A stretch of DNA of 64,000 nt from an uncultured Gammaproteobacteria bacterium (GCA_964348895.1 CAYGEH010000001.1:182610-246609); one strand, 5' to 3'. Positions 10,448 to 20,816 are shown, numbered from the stretch's first letter. Program-made: numbers and translations. The notes: generated by a model from the letters alone, not told the origin.

Positions 10448-10482
10448 AAAAAAAATGGTGGGCTCTCCCCACCACCGTTTTT
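10448..10482. terminator. Intrinsic-terminator-like hairpin about 25 nt upstream of the nusA start; candidate leader attenuator
   Basis: Stem TGGTGGG / CCCACCA with loop CTCTC, flanked by A8 on one side and T5 on the other. On the minus strand it reads hairpin followed by T8, just before the nusA RBS. Confidence 0.45.
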
Positions 10483-10748
10483 CTCTAGAAACAACCAAGC
10501 AGCCTTAATTTAGGCTCTCCTGGTAAAGGAAATGTTTATCGACAAATCTTCCAAAAACCAATCTCTAATTTAACACAAGAGGAGGTTTTAGTCAATTAAA
10601 GTTTCTCTAAAATATTCTTAAAAATAAAGAATTGAGGGTGTCCGTTCTAGTTTTTTCTTGGAGGTCGTTTTTAAATTAAACCTTTTTGCTTTTCTGTCGT
10701 TTTTTTTAACTAAATCAAAAAATTTTCAAAATAAAATCTTGGCTAAAC

Positions 10749-10786
10749 TTGACAATTATTTAGCAATCGTGTTATAGTCTTGCTAA
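10749..10786 (+). promoter_or_regulatory. Promoter (TTGACA-18-TATAGT) overlapping a CIRCE-like inverted repeat TTAGCA-N15-TGCTAA upstream of hrcA
   Basis: TTGACA at 10749-10754 and TATAGT at 10773-10778. The IR TTAGCAATCGTGTTATAGTCTTGCTAA resembles the CIRCE operator (TTAGCACTC-N9-GAGTGCTAA) bound by HrcA. Confidence 0.6.
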
Positions 10787-10801
10787 TAAAAAGCTGTAAT
10801 T

Positions 10802-11527
10802 ATGGCTCCAACTAATCGTCAAATCGCTATTTTAAAAACCCTGATCGAAGAATATATTGAAACAGCTGAACCAGTTTCTTCTGATACTTTAGATAAAAAA
10901 TATAATCTTGGAGTTTCTCCAGCCACAATCAGAAACGAAATGGCTAATCTAACTCGAGAGGGTTTTATTAAAAAACCGCATGTTTCCTCTGGTCGGGTTC
11001 CAACTCCAATGGGTTTAAAGTTTTACATCCAAAACCTAATAGAGCCAAAGCCTGTTCCAATCACTCAGGAGGTCAGCGTGAAAGAAAGAATCTGGGACCA
11101 CCGACAAGAAATTGACAAACTTATTCCCGAGGCCGCCAGTGAATTAGCCCGCTTAACTAACTCAATGGCCTTAATAATCTCCTTGGATAATCAGAAATTC
11201 AATTGGGCTGGAGTGGCTAACATTCTCGACTTTCCTGAATTTTGGGACATTGACTTAACCCACGCCCTCCTTTCTCTGCTTGATGATGTTTCTTTTTGGC
11301 AAAAATTAGCCAATCAAGCCCGAGGTGAAGCTCGAGTCAGTGTTTTGCTAGGAGATGATTTCGGTAATGAAATTCTAGAACCCTGTGGTTTTGTTTTTAC
11401 TAGGTTTGCCATTAGCTCTAGAGAGTATCTTTTGGGTATAGTTGGTCCAGGACGCTGTTCTTATCAAAAGGTTATTCCTTTGGTTGACTATTTTGGTCGC
11501 TTAATTAGCGAGCTTGGTCAGGAATAG
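10802..11527 (+). CDS. hrcA: Heat-inducible transcription repressor HrcA (short form)
   Basis: N-terminal winged helix ILKTLIEEYIETAEPVSSDTL...ATIRNEMANL; gene order hrcA-grpE-dnaK-dnaJ. Confidence 0.8.
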   Translation: MAPTNRQIAILKTLIEEYIETAEPVSSDTLDKKYNLGVSPATIRNEMANLTREGFIKKPHVSSGRVPTPMGLKFYIQNLIEPKPVPITQEVSVKERIWDHRQEIDKLIPEAASELARLTNSMALIISLDNQKFNWAGVANILDFPEFWDIDLTHALLSLLDDVSFWQKLANQARGEARVSVLLGDDFGNEILEPCGFVFTRFAISSREYLLGIVGPGRCSYQKVIPLVDYFGRLISELGQE

Positions 11528-11551
11528 AAAGTTTAAAAATTAATAAAAATT

Positions 11552-12007
11552 ATGGAAAAGGGGTTAAAAAAAAATAAAAATAAAGAACAAGATTTTCAAG
11601 AAGAATTAAATAAATTAGAGGAACAATTAAAGCGAGCCCTGGCTGATTATGCTAATTTGGAAAAGAGAATTAGTCGAGAAAGAAGCCATTGGATTAATTC
11701 TGCCAACGAAGCCTTAATTGACAAATTGCTTTTTATTTTCGACGATCTAGAACGAGCCTGTCAAAATATTAAGGACTCGGGTGTTGCCATCATTCGCGAT
11801 CAATTTTGGCAAATTTTATCAAGCGAGGGGGTTGAAAAAATTGACAGTCAGGGAAAAATTTTTGACGCCCAAAGTATGGACGCCCAAGAATTAGTTACAG
11901 GAAAGAAAGATCATGTTATCAGTGAAATTTGTCCCGGTTACTTTTATAAAGGGCGATGTCTTCGTCCAGCCAAGGTTAAGGTTGGTCGAGGCAAAAATAA
12001 CTCTTGA
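11552..12007 (+). CDS. grpE: Nucleotide exchange factor GrpE
   Basis: Coiled-coil N-terminus and GrpE-like C-terminus; position in the hrcA operon. Confidence 0.8.
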   Translation: MEKGLKKNKNKEQDFQEELNKLEEQLKRALADYANLEKRISRERSHWINSANEALIDKLLFIFDDLERACQNIKDSGVAIIRDQFWQILSSEGVEKIDSQGKIFDAQSMDAQELVTGKKDHVISEICPGYFYKGRCLRPAKVKVGRGKNNS

Positions 12008-12042
12008 CAGCTTATTGGCAGTCGTGATAACTTATTGCTAGA
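12004..12042 (+). promoter_or_regulatory. Second copy of the CIRCE-like operator/promoter module upstream of dnaK
   Basis: TTGACAGCTTATTGGCAGTCGTGATAACTTATTGCTAGATAAA aligns nearly position-for-position with the hrcA-upstream element TTGACAATTATTTAGCAATCGTGTTATAGTCTTGCTAATAAA. Confidence 0.55.
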
Positions 12043-12053
12043 TAAATTTTAAT

Positions 12054-13964
12054 ATGACAGGAAATAACCTTAGCAACAAAATTATTGGTATTGATTTGGG
12101 GACCACTAACTCCTGTATTGCTGTGATGGAGGGGGGTAAACCTACCATCATCCCCACCGAAGAGGGCGGTCGCCTTATCCCATCAATAGTTGAACCAACC
12201 AAGGGTTTAGTTGGCGAACCAGCCAAAAGACAAATGATTATTAACCCCAAAAATACTTTTTTCTCTGTCAAAAGATTAATGGGGAAGCGCTATGATGACG
12301 AATCGGTTCAACAAGACAAGAAGTGGTTGCCTTATAAGGTCAGTCAGGGCCAAAATAATTTAGCGGTGGTAGAAACTCAAGACGGCAAACAGCTTACCCC
12401 CCAAGAAGTCTCAGCTAAAATTTTACAAAAAGCTAAGGCTGACGCGGAAAGCTATTTAGGCGAGAAAGTAGAACAGGCCGTTATTACTGTCCCAGCCTAT
12501 TTTGACGACTCTCAGCGTCAAGCCACCAAAGAAGCAGGCGAAATCGCTGGCTTAAAAGTGGCTCGGATTATTAATGAACCAACCGCCTCTGCTCTAGCCT
12601 ATGGCTTAGACAAAAAAAAGGCAGAAAAAATAGCTGTTTTTGATTTAGGGGGAGGAACCTTTGATATTTCCATTTTAGAAATTAGTGACGGAGTCTATGA
12701 AGTTCTCTCGACTAATGGCGACACCCATTTGGGCGGCGACGACTGGAATCAGAAAATTATAGAATATGTTTTGGCTGAATTTAAGAAAGAACAGGGAATT
12801 GATTTATCAGGAGACTCTCAGGCAATGCAAAGAATTAAAGATGCGGCTGAAAAAGCTAAGATTGAATTATCTTCCTCGCAAAACACTGAAATTAACCTCC
12901 CCTTCATTACTCAAGGCGAATCTGGCCCCCTACACTTGACTATTTCTTTAACCAGAGCAAAGCTAGAGCAAATTACTAGTTCTCTTTTAGACCGACTCTT
13001 GCCGCCAGTTAAGTCGGCCCTTAAAGACGCCAAGTTGACCACCAAAGACATTAATGAGGTCTTGCTGGTTGGGGGTCAAACCAGAATGCCCAAAATACAG
13101 CAAATCGTTAAAGATTTTTTTGCTAAAGAGCCAAATAAATCTGTCAATCCCGATGAAGTAGTTGCGCTAGGAGCAGCTGTTCAGGGTGGAGTTTTGGCTG
13201 GTGAAGTTAAAGATGTTGTTCTTTTAGACGTTACCCCCCTAACTTTAGGCTTGGAAACATTAGGTCGGGTGGCAACTCCCTTAATTGAAAGAAACACCAC
13301 TATTCCTGTTAGCAAATCTCAGGTTTTTTCGACTGCTGGTGATAATCAAACTCAAGTAGAAATTCACATCGTTCAAGGCGAGCGAAGCATGGCGCCCGAC
13401 AATAAATCCCTGGGCCGATTCACACTAGACGGCATTCCTCCAGCTCCCCGAGGTGTTCCCCAAATTGAAGTTGCTTTTGACATTGATTCAAACGGTATTT
13501 TAACCGTAACTGCCAAAGATAAGGCGACCGGGAAGTCTCAAAATATCATCATTAAGGGATCAACGGGTTTATCAGAAGATGAGGTTGAAAGAATGACTCA
13601 AGAGGCTAAAGCCAACGAAGAAGAAGACCAAAAAAAGAAAGCTTTAGTTGAGTCCCGAAATAAGGCAGATAGTTTAGTTTTTAGTGTTGAGGGCAGCTTA
13701 AAAGATTTAGGCGATAAAATAGGTAAAGAGGACAAAGAAAAACTAGAAAAACAAATTAAGGCCGTTAGAGACTTACTAGCTAAAGACAATCTTCTCGACA
13801 AAGAAGATTTAGACAGAGAAACTAACCAGTTAACAGAACTTTGGCAGAGCTTAGGTCAAAAAATTCACCAACCAAGCCAAGAAGAAAAAGAAGCTTCGCC
13901 AAAAGATAAGCCCGAGAAAAAGAACGATCAAAATGAAGCCGAAGAAGGCGAAGTAGTTAATTAA
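12054..13964 (+). CDS. dnaK: Chaperone DnaK (Hsp70)
   Basis: [33 protein letters not shown]; 636 aa. Confidence 0.95.
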   Translation: MTGNNLSNKIIGIDLGTTNSCIAVMEGGKPTIIPTEEGGRLIPSIVEPTKGLVGEPAKRQMIINPKNTFFSVKRLMGKRYDDESVQQDKKWLPYKVSQGQNNLAVVETQDGKQLTPQEVSAKILQKAKADAESYLGEKVEQAVITVPAYFDDSQRQATKEAGEIAGLKVARIINEPTASALAYGLDKKKAEKIAVFDLGGGTFDISILEISDGVYEVLSTNGDTHLGGDDWNQKIIEYVLAEFKKEQGIDLSGDSQAMQRIKDAAEKAKIELSSSQNTEINLPFITQGESGPLHLTISLTRAKLEQITSSLLDRLLPPVKSALKDAKLTTKDINEVLLVGGQTRMPKIQQIVKDFFAKEPNKSVNPDEVVALGAAVQGGVLAGEVKDVVLLDVTPLTLGLETLGRVATPLIERNTTIPVSKSQVFSTAGDNQTQVEIHIVQGERSMAPDNKSLGRFTLDGIPPAPRGVPQIEVAFDIDSNGILTVTAKDKATGKSQNIIIKGSTGLSEDEVERMTQEAKANEEEDQKKKALVESRNKADSLVFSVEGSLKDLGDKIGKEDKEKLEKQIKAVRDLLAKDNLLDKEDLDRETNQLTELWQSLGQKIHQPSQEEKEASPKDKPEKKNDQNEAEEGEVVN

Positions 13965-14084
13965 AAAATTCTTCTCCTTAAATCAAATAGATTTGTTAAT
14001 TTAAGACTCCCTTTTTTCTTAAAAACAGTTTTTCTTGCTAAAATAGCAAAGAAGTAATTAAATCAGTTTTAATTTATTTAATTT

Positions 14085-14915
14085 ATGAGTAAAGATTACT
14101 ATCAAGTTTTAGGCCTAACAAAAAGCGCCAATCAAGACGAAATTAAAAAAGCCTATCGTAAACTAGCTCTTCAGTGGCATCCTGATAAAAATAAATCAGT
14201 TGAGGCTGAAAAAAAGTTTAAGGAAATTAATCAAGCCTACGAAGTTTTGTCTGATTCCCAAAAAAGGCAAGCCTACGATCAGTACGGAGAAGCGGCCTTT
14301 AGTGGCGGATCGCCCTTTGGGGGCACAACTGGTCGTCGGGGACCATTTACTTATACCTATTCTTGGGGAGGAAACGAAGACTCTTTTGCTGGTTTTTCTA
14401 ATCCTTTTGATATTTTTGAATCATTTTTCGGCAATCGCTCCCCTTTTGGCCGAAGAGAGCAAGTTCCTCACTATCAAATTAGCCTTAGTCTAAAAGAAGC
14501 TGTTGTTGGTACAGAAAAAGAGGTAGAAGTTAATGGTCAAAAAAGAAAGATAAAAATCCCCGCTGGAAGCGAAACTGGCTCTCAAATCAAATTCAAAGAT
14601 TTTTATTTAATCGTTCAAGTTTTGCCTGACGACAATTTTTCTCGCCAAAACGATGATTTAGTTACCAGTAAGAAAATAAGCTTTAAGACTGCTGTTCTGG
14701 GAGGGACTGTTGCTGTCACTAATCTTAACGGAGAAGAAATTAAATTCCGAATTCGACCAGGAACTGATTCGGGAAAAATCATTCGCTTGAGGGGCTATGG
14801 CGTTCCTCGTCGCTTTAGTTCAGGCCGAGGCGACCTTTATCTTCGTCTAGAAATTGCTGTTCCCAATAAGCTTTCCCGAAAACAAAAAGAACAAATTAAG
14901 AATTTAGACTTCTAG
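14085..14915 (+). CDS. J-domain co-chaperone (DnaJ/CbpA-like, no zinc-finger domain)
   Basis: J domain DYYQVLGL...HPDKN, G/F-rich linker, C-terminal substrate-binding domains; no CxxCxGxG repeats. Confidence 0.8.
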   Translation: MSKDYYQVLGLTKSANQDEIKKAYRKLALQWHPDKNKSVEAEKKFKEINQAYEVLSDSQKRQAYDQYGEAAFSGGSPFGGTTGRRGPFTYTYSWGGNEDSFAGFSNPFDIFESFFGNRSPFGRREQVPHYQISLSLKEAVVGTEKEVEVNGQKRKIKIPAGSETGSQIKFKDFYLIVQVLPDDNFSRQNDDLVTSKKISFKTAVLGGTVAVTNLNGEEIKFRIRPGTDSGKIIRLRGYGVPRRFSSGRGDLYLRLEIAVPNKLSRKQKEQIKNLDF

Positions 14916-15601
14916 TTTTCGAAGTAGGGAAGAAAAGAAACTATTCTCGATTTCTCTCTTAGATTTTGATACCAGCCTTGAAATTTTTCGTTCATTTTGC
15001 TTTCTCTGATTGCCTGAAAAGCCTGATTGGCTCGCTCTTCTTCGCCTTCGGCTGTAATTAACGCCTCGTTATCAACTAAATACTGATCAATTTCTTCTTG
15101 GCTAATCTCAAGATCAACAGACAATAGTTCTTCCAAAACTAGCTGGGTTTCAATATCCTTTCTTAGTCGTTCCATTGTAAAGCCTCGAAGAGCCAGGGCC
15201 TCCTCTAAAGAATTCTCTGCCCCCAAATTTTCTTCTATTTGTTTTACTTCTTGGTCAATTCTTTCCTGGCTAATCTTTACTCCTTCTCTTTTTGCCTCTT
15301 GTTTGATTAATTTTTCATCAATTAGTTGTCCCAAAACTTGGCTTCCGTGCTGTTTTTCAAGAGCTTGATTAAATTGCCAGCGCCAAATTGGTTGACCGCC
15401 AACTGTAGCCACAACGAACCAGTGGCGCTTAAAATAAATTAGACCAAGAAGAAAAATAACCGCCACAATGGCAATGGTTGTTTTACGAGAAAGACGAAGG
15501 GGTTGGCTTATTTTTTTAATAACCTCTTTTACTCCTGCCATTTTCAGACAAGCAGTTCTTTTTTCTCCCCCCACACTGGTAACAGTTTTCTTTTTTATCA
15601 T
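14912..15601 (-). CDS. Membrane-anchored SurA-N/PpiD-like periplasmic chaperone domain protein (no PPIase domain)
   Basis: N-terminal TM anchor followed by a helical domain resembling the SurA N-terminal / PpiD chaperone domain. Confidence 0.4.
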   Translation of the reverse strand: MIKKKTVTSVGGEKRTACLKMAGVKEVIKKISQPLRLSRKTTIAIVAVIFLLGLIYFKRHWFVVATVGGQPIWRWQFNQALEKQHGSQVLGQLIDEKLIKQEAKREGVKISQERIDQEVKQIEENLGAENSLEEALALRGFTMERLRKDIETQLVLEELLSVDLEISQEEIDQYLVDNEALITAEGEEERANQAFQAIRESKMNEKFQGWYQNLREKSRIVSFLPYFEN

Positions 15602-15705
15602 TAGTTAATTAAAGATTGTATCACAATAATTTTTCAAAAAAAATCTCTTTTTTGTTTTACCTTAAGTCATTCGCTAATTTGTTTTTGTCCACTTAAAAAA
15701 AAGAG

Positions 15706-18312
15706 TTAGGGGGCAATTTCCTGCCAAATCTGATGAGAAGAGCGAAAAAATTCAGGGGCATTAAAAAGATGTCGAGGATTAAAAATAAATAACTCGGCTG
15801 GATTAAAAGTATTGCCACCCTCAAGATCTTTATTTAAAGAAAAGGCAGTTCCGGAAAAGAAAACGCCTTCGCCAACAAACTTTGACTCGGCATCATTTTT
15901 AACAGTGGTAATTTGGCCATCAACGAGAAAGACTCCTTGAACTTGAGGAGTGGTTGAAGCAAGATTCATGGTGCCAACATCAATCGTCAAATCTCCGCTA
16001 ACAATCACCGCCAAGAAACCACTTGGCCCAACAGTAATTTGGTCATTGATATTTAGATCGCCAGCCACAAAAATAATTTTTTTGACATCTCCAATTGCCC
16101 AACCATTAATATTCATCATTCCTCCATCTCCCGAAGAATAAACCACAATATTTCTGTCAAGTGAAACTGGGTTTGTTAGAATATTTTCTTCTCGAAAGGC
16201 TATTTCCTCGTTTGCTTCGTTAACGTCTAGAAGAGAAATAAAGTGAGAATAGTGATAGCGATTTCTTAGCGCACTTAGGCTTCCCCTGATCTGCCAGTTA
16301 GTGTTTCCTTGAGACACTTGGGCGCCGTTAAAATTATCCTGACTAGTGGGAAGATGACTCCGAGCTGAAACAAGCCCCGATTGTCCCCACACTCCACCTA
16401 AAGAGAAGAATCTGTTCGTAGCAAGCCGAGAGATCCGACTGGCAACATTACCCCCGTGAACATTTCCGCCCTGAGTTTGAAACCAGGGGGCAGGAGGTCT
16501 AACGGTAACAAGAATAGAATCATTGTTGGTGCAGTCACGCCAGGTATCACAAGTAAACCCACTTATGGGAGAAGCTCCCCAAGGACAGGCGGGATTACCA
16601 GTACAAATTTCGTTTAAACTTCTGGCATTACAAATAACATGATATGTGCCTGGTTGTAAAAAGGTATGTGTCACGCAACCATTGTTCGGAGGGGTTATGG
16701 GTTCTATAGGGCGAAGCCTTGTCCAAGAATTTGCGTTGTCAAGGGGAGACTCAGAAAAAGCAGAGAAAATTCCGCCACCAAGGTCGGCATTTTCTGTTGT
16801 AACACAGTATTGGGCTGGTTCACCAGAAACAGCCACCAGATTACCAGTAATAATACAAGTTGGGGGAGGGGTAATATTAAAGGAGCGTAATTCGCTATCA
16901 GTGCAACCATCATTATTACAGGCCCTAACAAACCACCAGTATACACCATTGTCGCGAACAGTTCGAGAAATACTTAAAACATTACTTCTGGTGATCGTGT
17001 CTGAACCGGAATATCGCATTTGATCGCTGTAAATTTCGTCACGAACCAGGGTTTCCTCTCCCCCCACTATTGTTCTTTCTGGCTCTTCCCAGTGAGCAGG
17101 TGTTTTGCTTTCAGCCTGGGCACGAGTTAGGTTTTTTACCCGACTAACAAAAAGCCCATATCTTCTAGTGTTAAGCGATATACCATAGCCTCCCCTGGCA
17201 CACTGATACCCCCAACAAAATCTATCGTTATACCAAATATATCTACCCGAACTACAACCATAATGTCTTTGATCGACCCTGTCACAAGTGGGTTCTCCCC
17301 CTTGAAATTTCCACCAAGAAAAATCAAGAGACCCGCCAGTACTAATCCTTGTTCCTTCGGCGGGAAGGTTTAAAGAAGGTCTAGCTGGAGCGCAAGAACC
17401 ACAACCAAGATCCCACCCTACATTAAAACAGGGAGTACAATTACCATGTGGAAACATTCCCCATCTTAACCTCTCACAGGGACCAGCCCCACACCCACCA
17501 TACCCCCAACACTCCCGATAACCAGTAGGACCGCAAGTTGAACCAGAATCAGAGGTACCACCGGGTGGCGTTGGCATAACAATTGGAATTTCTCCGCCGG
17601 TTGTTCCGCAAGGATTCACCGTCCACGAAAACCCATCAAAAATACCTAGGCAAAGATCGTTGCTACAAGAGGGGCCAGGCGAACGAAAATCACCCCAACG
17701 AACAACCGCAACATTTGTCCCAGAACAACCCCCGTTCCCAGTACAAGACCCCCTTACTCCACTCAGTCTAGCTCCAGCTACAATACTACCGCTCACCTGA
17801 CAACATGTTTTGTACCAACCACCAGAAGCACAACCAGTGTCGTTACAAATACCAGCGCAAATACTTTCTCCTGCTGGCTGAGAACCGACACAAGGACCAC
17901 AGCGATCAGCCGCCGAACAATTTTGCTGTTGCCACTCCCAAGCACAAACAACACCTATGATTCCACCAGTAACCGAATAAATATGACGGTCGACAACACA
18001 TTGGGCGCTGTGTGCATAGGTCCAAGTCTGCCAACCGTTGGGACAAGAAACCCCTGGTCGACAGCAAACATTGTTTGGTTGAGAAGAAGAACAAAGCGGA
18101 GTTGAACAAACAACACCAAGAGCACAATCTTGGTTTGCTTCCGGGACGGAACAACACTCATAGTCAAGAACTTCGCAAATTCCGTTATTACAACCTCTGT
18201 ATAGTTGACAACCTGTTTGAGAAAAAAGATCTTTTGGTGAAAACAAAAATAATCCCCCTGTTAACAGTAATAAAAAAAATAGAACCAGTCTTTTTTTCAT
18301 TTTGCTTGTCAA
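15706..18312 (-). CDS. Large secreted Cys/Gly/Trp-rich protein (868 aa) with a central Fn3/PKD-like region and a C-terminal beta-rich domain; unknown function
   Basis: Signal peptide MTSKMKKRLVLFFLLLLTGGLFLF. More than 60 Cys in the first ~500 aa (CxxC, CGxC, GCGxGxC patterns). Fn3-like strand NGVYWWFVRACNNDGCTDS. Locally elevated GC. Start codon abuts the upstream ORF stop. Confidence 0.6.
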   Translation of the reverse strand: MTSKMKKRLVLFFLLLLTGGLFLFSPKDLFSQTGCQLYRGCNNGICEVLDYECCSVPEANQDCALGVVCSTPLCSSSQPNNVCCRPGVSCPNGWQTWTYAHSAQCVVDRHIYSVTGGIIGVVCAWEWQQQNCSAADRCGPCVGSQPAGESICAGICNDTGCASGGWYKTCCQVSGSIVAGARLSGVRGSCTGNGGCSGTNVAVVRWGDFRSPGPSCSNDLCLGIFDGFSWTVNPCGTTGGEIPIVMPTPPGGTSDSGSTCGPTGYRECWGYGGCGAGPCERLRWGMFPHGNCTPCFNVGWDLGCGSCAPARPSLNLPAEGTRISTGGSLDFSWWKFQGGEPTCDRVDQRHYGCSSGRYIWYNDRFCWGYQCARGGYGISLNTRRYGLFVSRVKNLTRAQAESKTPAHWEEPERTIVGGEETLVRDEIYSDQMRYSGSDTITRSNVLSISRTVRDNGVYWWFVRACNNDGCTDSELRSFNITPPPTCIITGNLVAVSGEPAQYCVTTENADLGGGIFSAFSESPLDNANSWTRLRPIEPITPPNNGCVTHTFLQPGTYHVICNARSLNEICTGNPACPWGASPISGFTCDTWRDCTNNDSILVTVRPPAPWFQTQGGNVHGGNVASRISRLATNRFFSLGGVWGQSGLVSARSHLPTSQDNFNGAQVSQGNTNWQIRGSLSALRNRYHYSHFISLLDVNEANEEIAFREENILTNPVSLDRNIVVYSSGDGGMMNINGWAIGDVKKIIFVAGDLNINDQITVGPSGFLAVIVSGDLTIDVGTMNLASTTPQVQGVFLVDGQITTVKNDAESKFVGEGVFFSGTAFSLNKDLEGGNTFNPAELFIFNPRHLFNAPEFFRSSHQIWQEIAP

Positions 18313-18846
18313 CTAATTGGCTAAAAAATCTTTCGGTTCAAGTTTTATAATTTCCTTTTCAGCATCAAAAACAGAAACTATCAGATTAACTCCAAAGTCG
18401 GCAATTTCTCCTGATTGAGTCTTTAAAATTTCTTCTTCTGCCCAAACATTAACCAGCCTCTGTTCATCTCTTCCTGTTAAAACATAATTAACACTAAATC
18501 CGCTATTAAAATCGGTTAAAATTAAACTTGGAAATTGCCCTCCACTGGTCATATTAATATAGTTCATTCTACTGTTTTTAACCTGACCAGCAAAAACTGC
18601 CAAAATTGGTGTGTTTTCTGGAACTTGGTAGCCAATTCCCAAATAGCTTCCGTCAACTTCAACTATTTTTCCCCTGGAACAATATTCTTGAGGTACTGGA
18701 CAATGAAGAAACTTTTTTATTGTGCTTCTTTCAATAAAAAGCTCGTCTTCTCGAGCGGGACGAAAAATAAAAAAATAATAAGAGGCTAAAAAACCAATAG
18801 TAGCCAACAACAAAATAAGGAAAAACAAAACTAAAGGCCGTTTCAC
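18313..18846 (-). CDS. Small N-terminally membrane-anchored protein, unknown function
   Basis: 177 aa; TM helix LVLFFLILLLATIGFLASYYFFIF; translationally coupled to the downstream Cys-rich protein gene. Confidence 0.5.
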   Translation of the reverse strand: MKRPLVLFFLILLLATIGFLASYYFFIFRPAREDELFIERSTIKKFLHCPVPQEYCSRGKIVEVDGSYLGIGYQVPENTPILAVFAGQVKNSRMNYINMTSGGQFPSLILTDFNSGFSVNYVLTGRDEQRLVNVWAEEEILKTQSGEIADFGVNLIVSVFDAEKEIIKLEPKDFLAN

Positions 18847-18890
18847 AGCTTTTTTAGTTTAGGAAAAAAAAACCTCTAAGTCAAGAGCTG

Positions 18891-20816
18891 TTATTGGTCT
18901 CTATCTAAACTAAAAACCAAAGCCTGATCAACTCTCAAAATACGCTCTAGAGAAAAACTATGTGGTCCCATCAGACTTGATGCCGTAAAAATAATCTGAC
19001 TTTCACTGTTTATGGAAATTCCTCTGCTAAACAAGCCTTCCTTTTCGATTTCAGTAAAGATAATTTCGTCAAAACTAACCTGCCTTGCTCCCCAATCTCC
19101 TAGATTAATCTCTTGCGCTGACTTAATTAAAAAACTTAAGCCATGATTAGCCCCCCTCAAATGCTTTTCTAGCAAATTCTCTGGTGTATCTATTGATATC
19201 GCGTAAAAACCTCTCTGTGGAGACCAAATAGCTCGAGTTTGCTCGATAAATGGAGAGCGAAATTTCGCCGTTGACGGTAACCCCCCAATTTCAACCCAAT
19301 AAAATGTTTTGTCAGAGCCTTCTTCCCATATTTTTATTCTTTCTCCTCTTGGGTCAAAATTAAAAGCCATCCGCCACTGGTCTTTTTCGATTGCCTCCGA
19401 CGTGTTAGTTTTTTCTAAAAGTTTTCTTCTAACTTCACTAGCCAAAGCTAACCCCTGTCCAGACGAAGTCCCAGTTTCATCATCAAATTCGAACAAGTAA
19501 CCAGCATATTCTCCTTCTTGCAGGTTGTAGGGGTTGTCCTTCTCTGCTCGGTAAATAACCTTCTCCTCTTCCCAACCAAGAATTAACCCCTCTACGCTTG
19601 GAGCCTTGGCCAATAGCTCTTCTGGAGAAAAAATTCTTTCCCATTTCCATTCGCCTTGTTCTATGTTGTATTTTGCTTGAGCAAGGTTTTTAAAATCTCC
19701 TGTTTCCTGATCCTGACTTTTTAAGATAAAGCTGGTTCTACCCTCTTCGTCGACTGTTTCCTCAAAATCCCAAACCGCAGGCATTTCCTCAAAGTGGGGG
19801 ACTATTGGGTTTTTGATCATCTCGCCATTTATTTGATCAACAAAAACCATTCCTACTTCTTTTCTAATTTCAGCAATTAGAGCTTCTCCTTCAATTTGGT
19901 TGAGGTTTAGTCGTGTTTCTTTCTGACCCTCGTTAAGAACGATCTGCTGGCTTTGAGAGTCAAATTGATAGCCATTGGCGACTAAAAGATTTTCCAGTGA
20001 AAGCGCATTTCTGTTTTCTGGATCAGCTGGAAAATGAGTGGGCAAAAGAGCTAAATAATGGCGAGGAACGCCACTTTCCCCTGAAGTCCGAAGATAGTCA
20101 GTAAAGGCAACTAAGACAGAGTTTAATTCTCCTCCGGGGGTATTTTTGTCAATGGTGATTTCCGTTGACGGCTTGGGTTCATTAAGCAAGCCCACCACGG
20201 TCATTTGGGTTCCTGAACGCAATAAAAAGCTTCGAGGAGTAATCCATTCTTTGAGCTCTGAAGCTTCTTGTTCTGCTTCAGAAGGAACCTCACTTAGAGT
20301 TAGTCGAGCCAAGGACAGTTCGGCCAATTGGGGAAAAATTACTTCTCCGCCTTGTTTTCCAGGAGCGAAAAATCCTTCCTCGCCTCGATAAGCTCCCAGA
20401 GAAACCAAATATTTTAATGGGTCAACTGATTTTTCTGGTAGGTGGGTAAATTTAATTGTTTCTCCCCAAGACTTGCTAACATAGTCTAAACCAAATTCAA
20501 CTAGTGATGTTTCCGCTTGGCCTTCTCCCACTCTTTCTCCTCCGCCGACGCCAACAAAAGCATTTCTAAGATATTCTTCAGTGATAGTTGTCCCTAAGAT
20601 TCCAATTACTTCTCTGGTAGGAGCTGGCTCAATGGTTGGAATCTTGGTAGGGGTAGGTTCTGGTGAAGCAATTACAGAGGTCTTGTCGACCTGTTCTGGC
20701 TGTCGTCCGCAACTGGAAGAAAGGGCGCCAACCACAATGGTCCCAGCAGCTCCCAAAAGGAACTCTCTTCTGGTCATTACTGGCCCTCTATTTAATACTT
20801 CCTTAGAGTTGGTCAT
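18891..20816 (-). CDS. Large secreted lipoprotein with twin-arginine (Tat) signal peptide, unknown function
   Basis: MTRREFLLGAAGTIVVGALSSSCGRQ combines the Tat motif RREFLL with a lipobox LSSSC; 641 aa; first gene of the three-gene operon. Confidence 0.55.
   Translation of the reverse strand: MTNSKEVLNRGPVMTRREFLLGAAGTIVVGALSSSCGRQPEQVDKTSVIASPEPTPTKIPTIEPAPTREVIGILGTTITEEYLRNAFVGVGGGERVGEGQAETSLVEFGLDYVSKSWGETIKFTHLPEKSVDPLKYLVSLGAYRGEEGFFAPGKQGGEVIFPQLAELSLARLTLSEVPSEAEQEASELKEWITPRSFLLRSGTQMTVVGLLNEPKPSTEITIDKNTPGGELNSVLVAFTDYLRTSGESGVPRHYLALLPTHFPADPENRNALSLENLLVANGYQFDSQSQQIVLNEGQKETRLNLNQIEGEALIAEIRKEVGMVFVDQINGEMIKNPIVPHFEEMPAVWDFEETVDEEGRTSFILKSQDQETGDFKNLAQAKYNIEQGEWKWERIFSPEELLAKAPSVEGLILGWEEEKVIYRAEKDNPYNLQEGEYAGYLFEFDDETGTSSGQGLALASEVRRKLLEKTNTSEAIEKDQWRMAFNFDPRGERIKIWEEGSDKTFYWVEIGGLPSTAKFRSPFIEQTRAIWSPQRGFYAISIDTPENLLEKHLRGANHGLSFLIKSAQEINLGDWGARQVSFDEIIFTEIEKEGLFSRGISINSESQIIFTASSLMGPHSFSLERILRVDQALVFSLDRDQ

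Noticed and set aside
16646-18350. Several 60-125 aa plus/minus ORFs inside the 868-aa Cys-rich protein gene
   Set aside because: Entirely nested within a long, well-supported ORF and lacking independent signals; the GC-richer composition of this gene inflates spurious ORFs.
15706-20816. Prophage or IS element explanation for the GC-rich block
   Set aside because: No integrase, transposase, terminal inverted repeats or phage structural genes in or flanking the block. All three products are envelope or secreted proteins, so I treat it as a compositionally distinct cargo operon of unknown origin.
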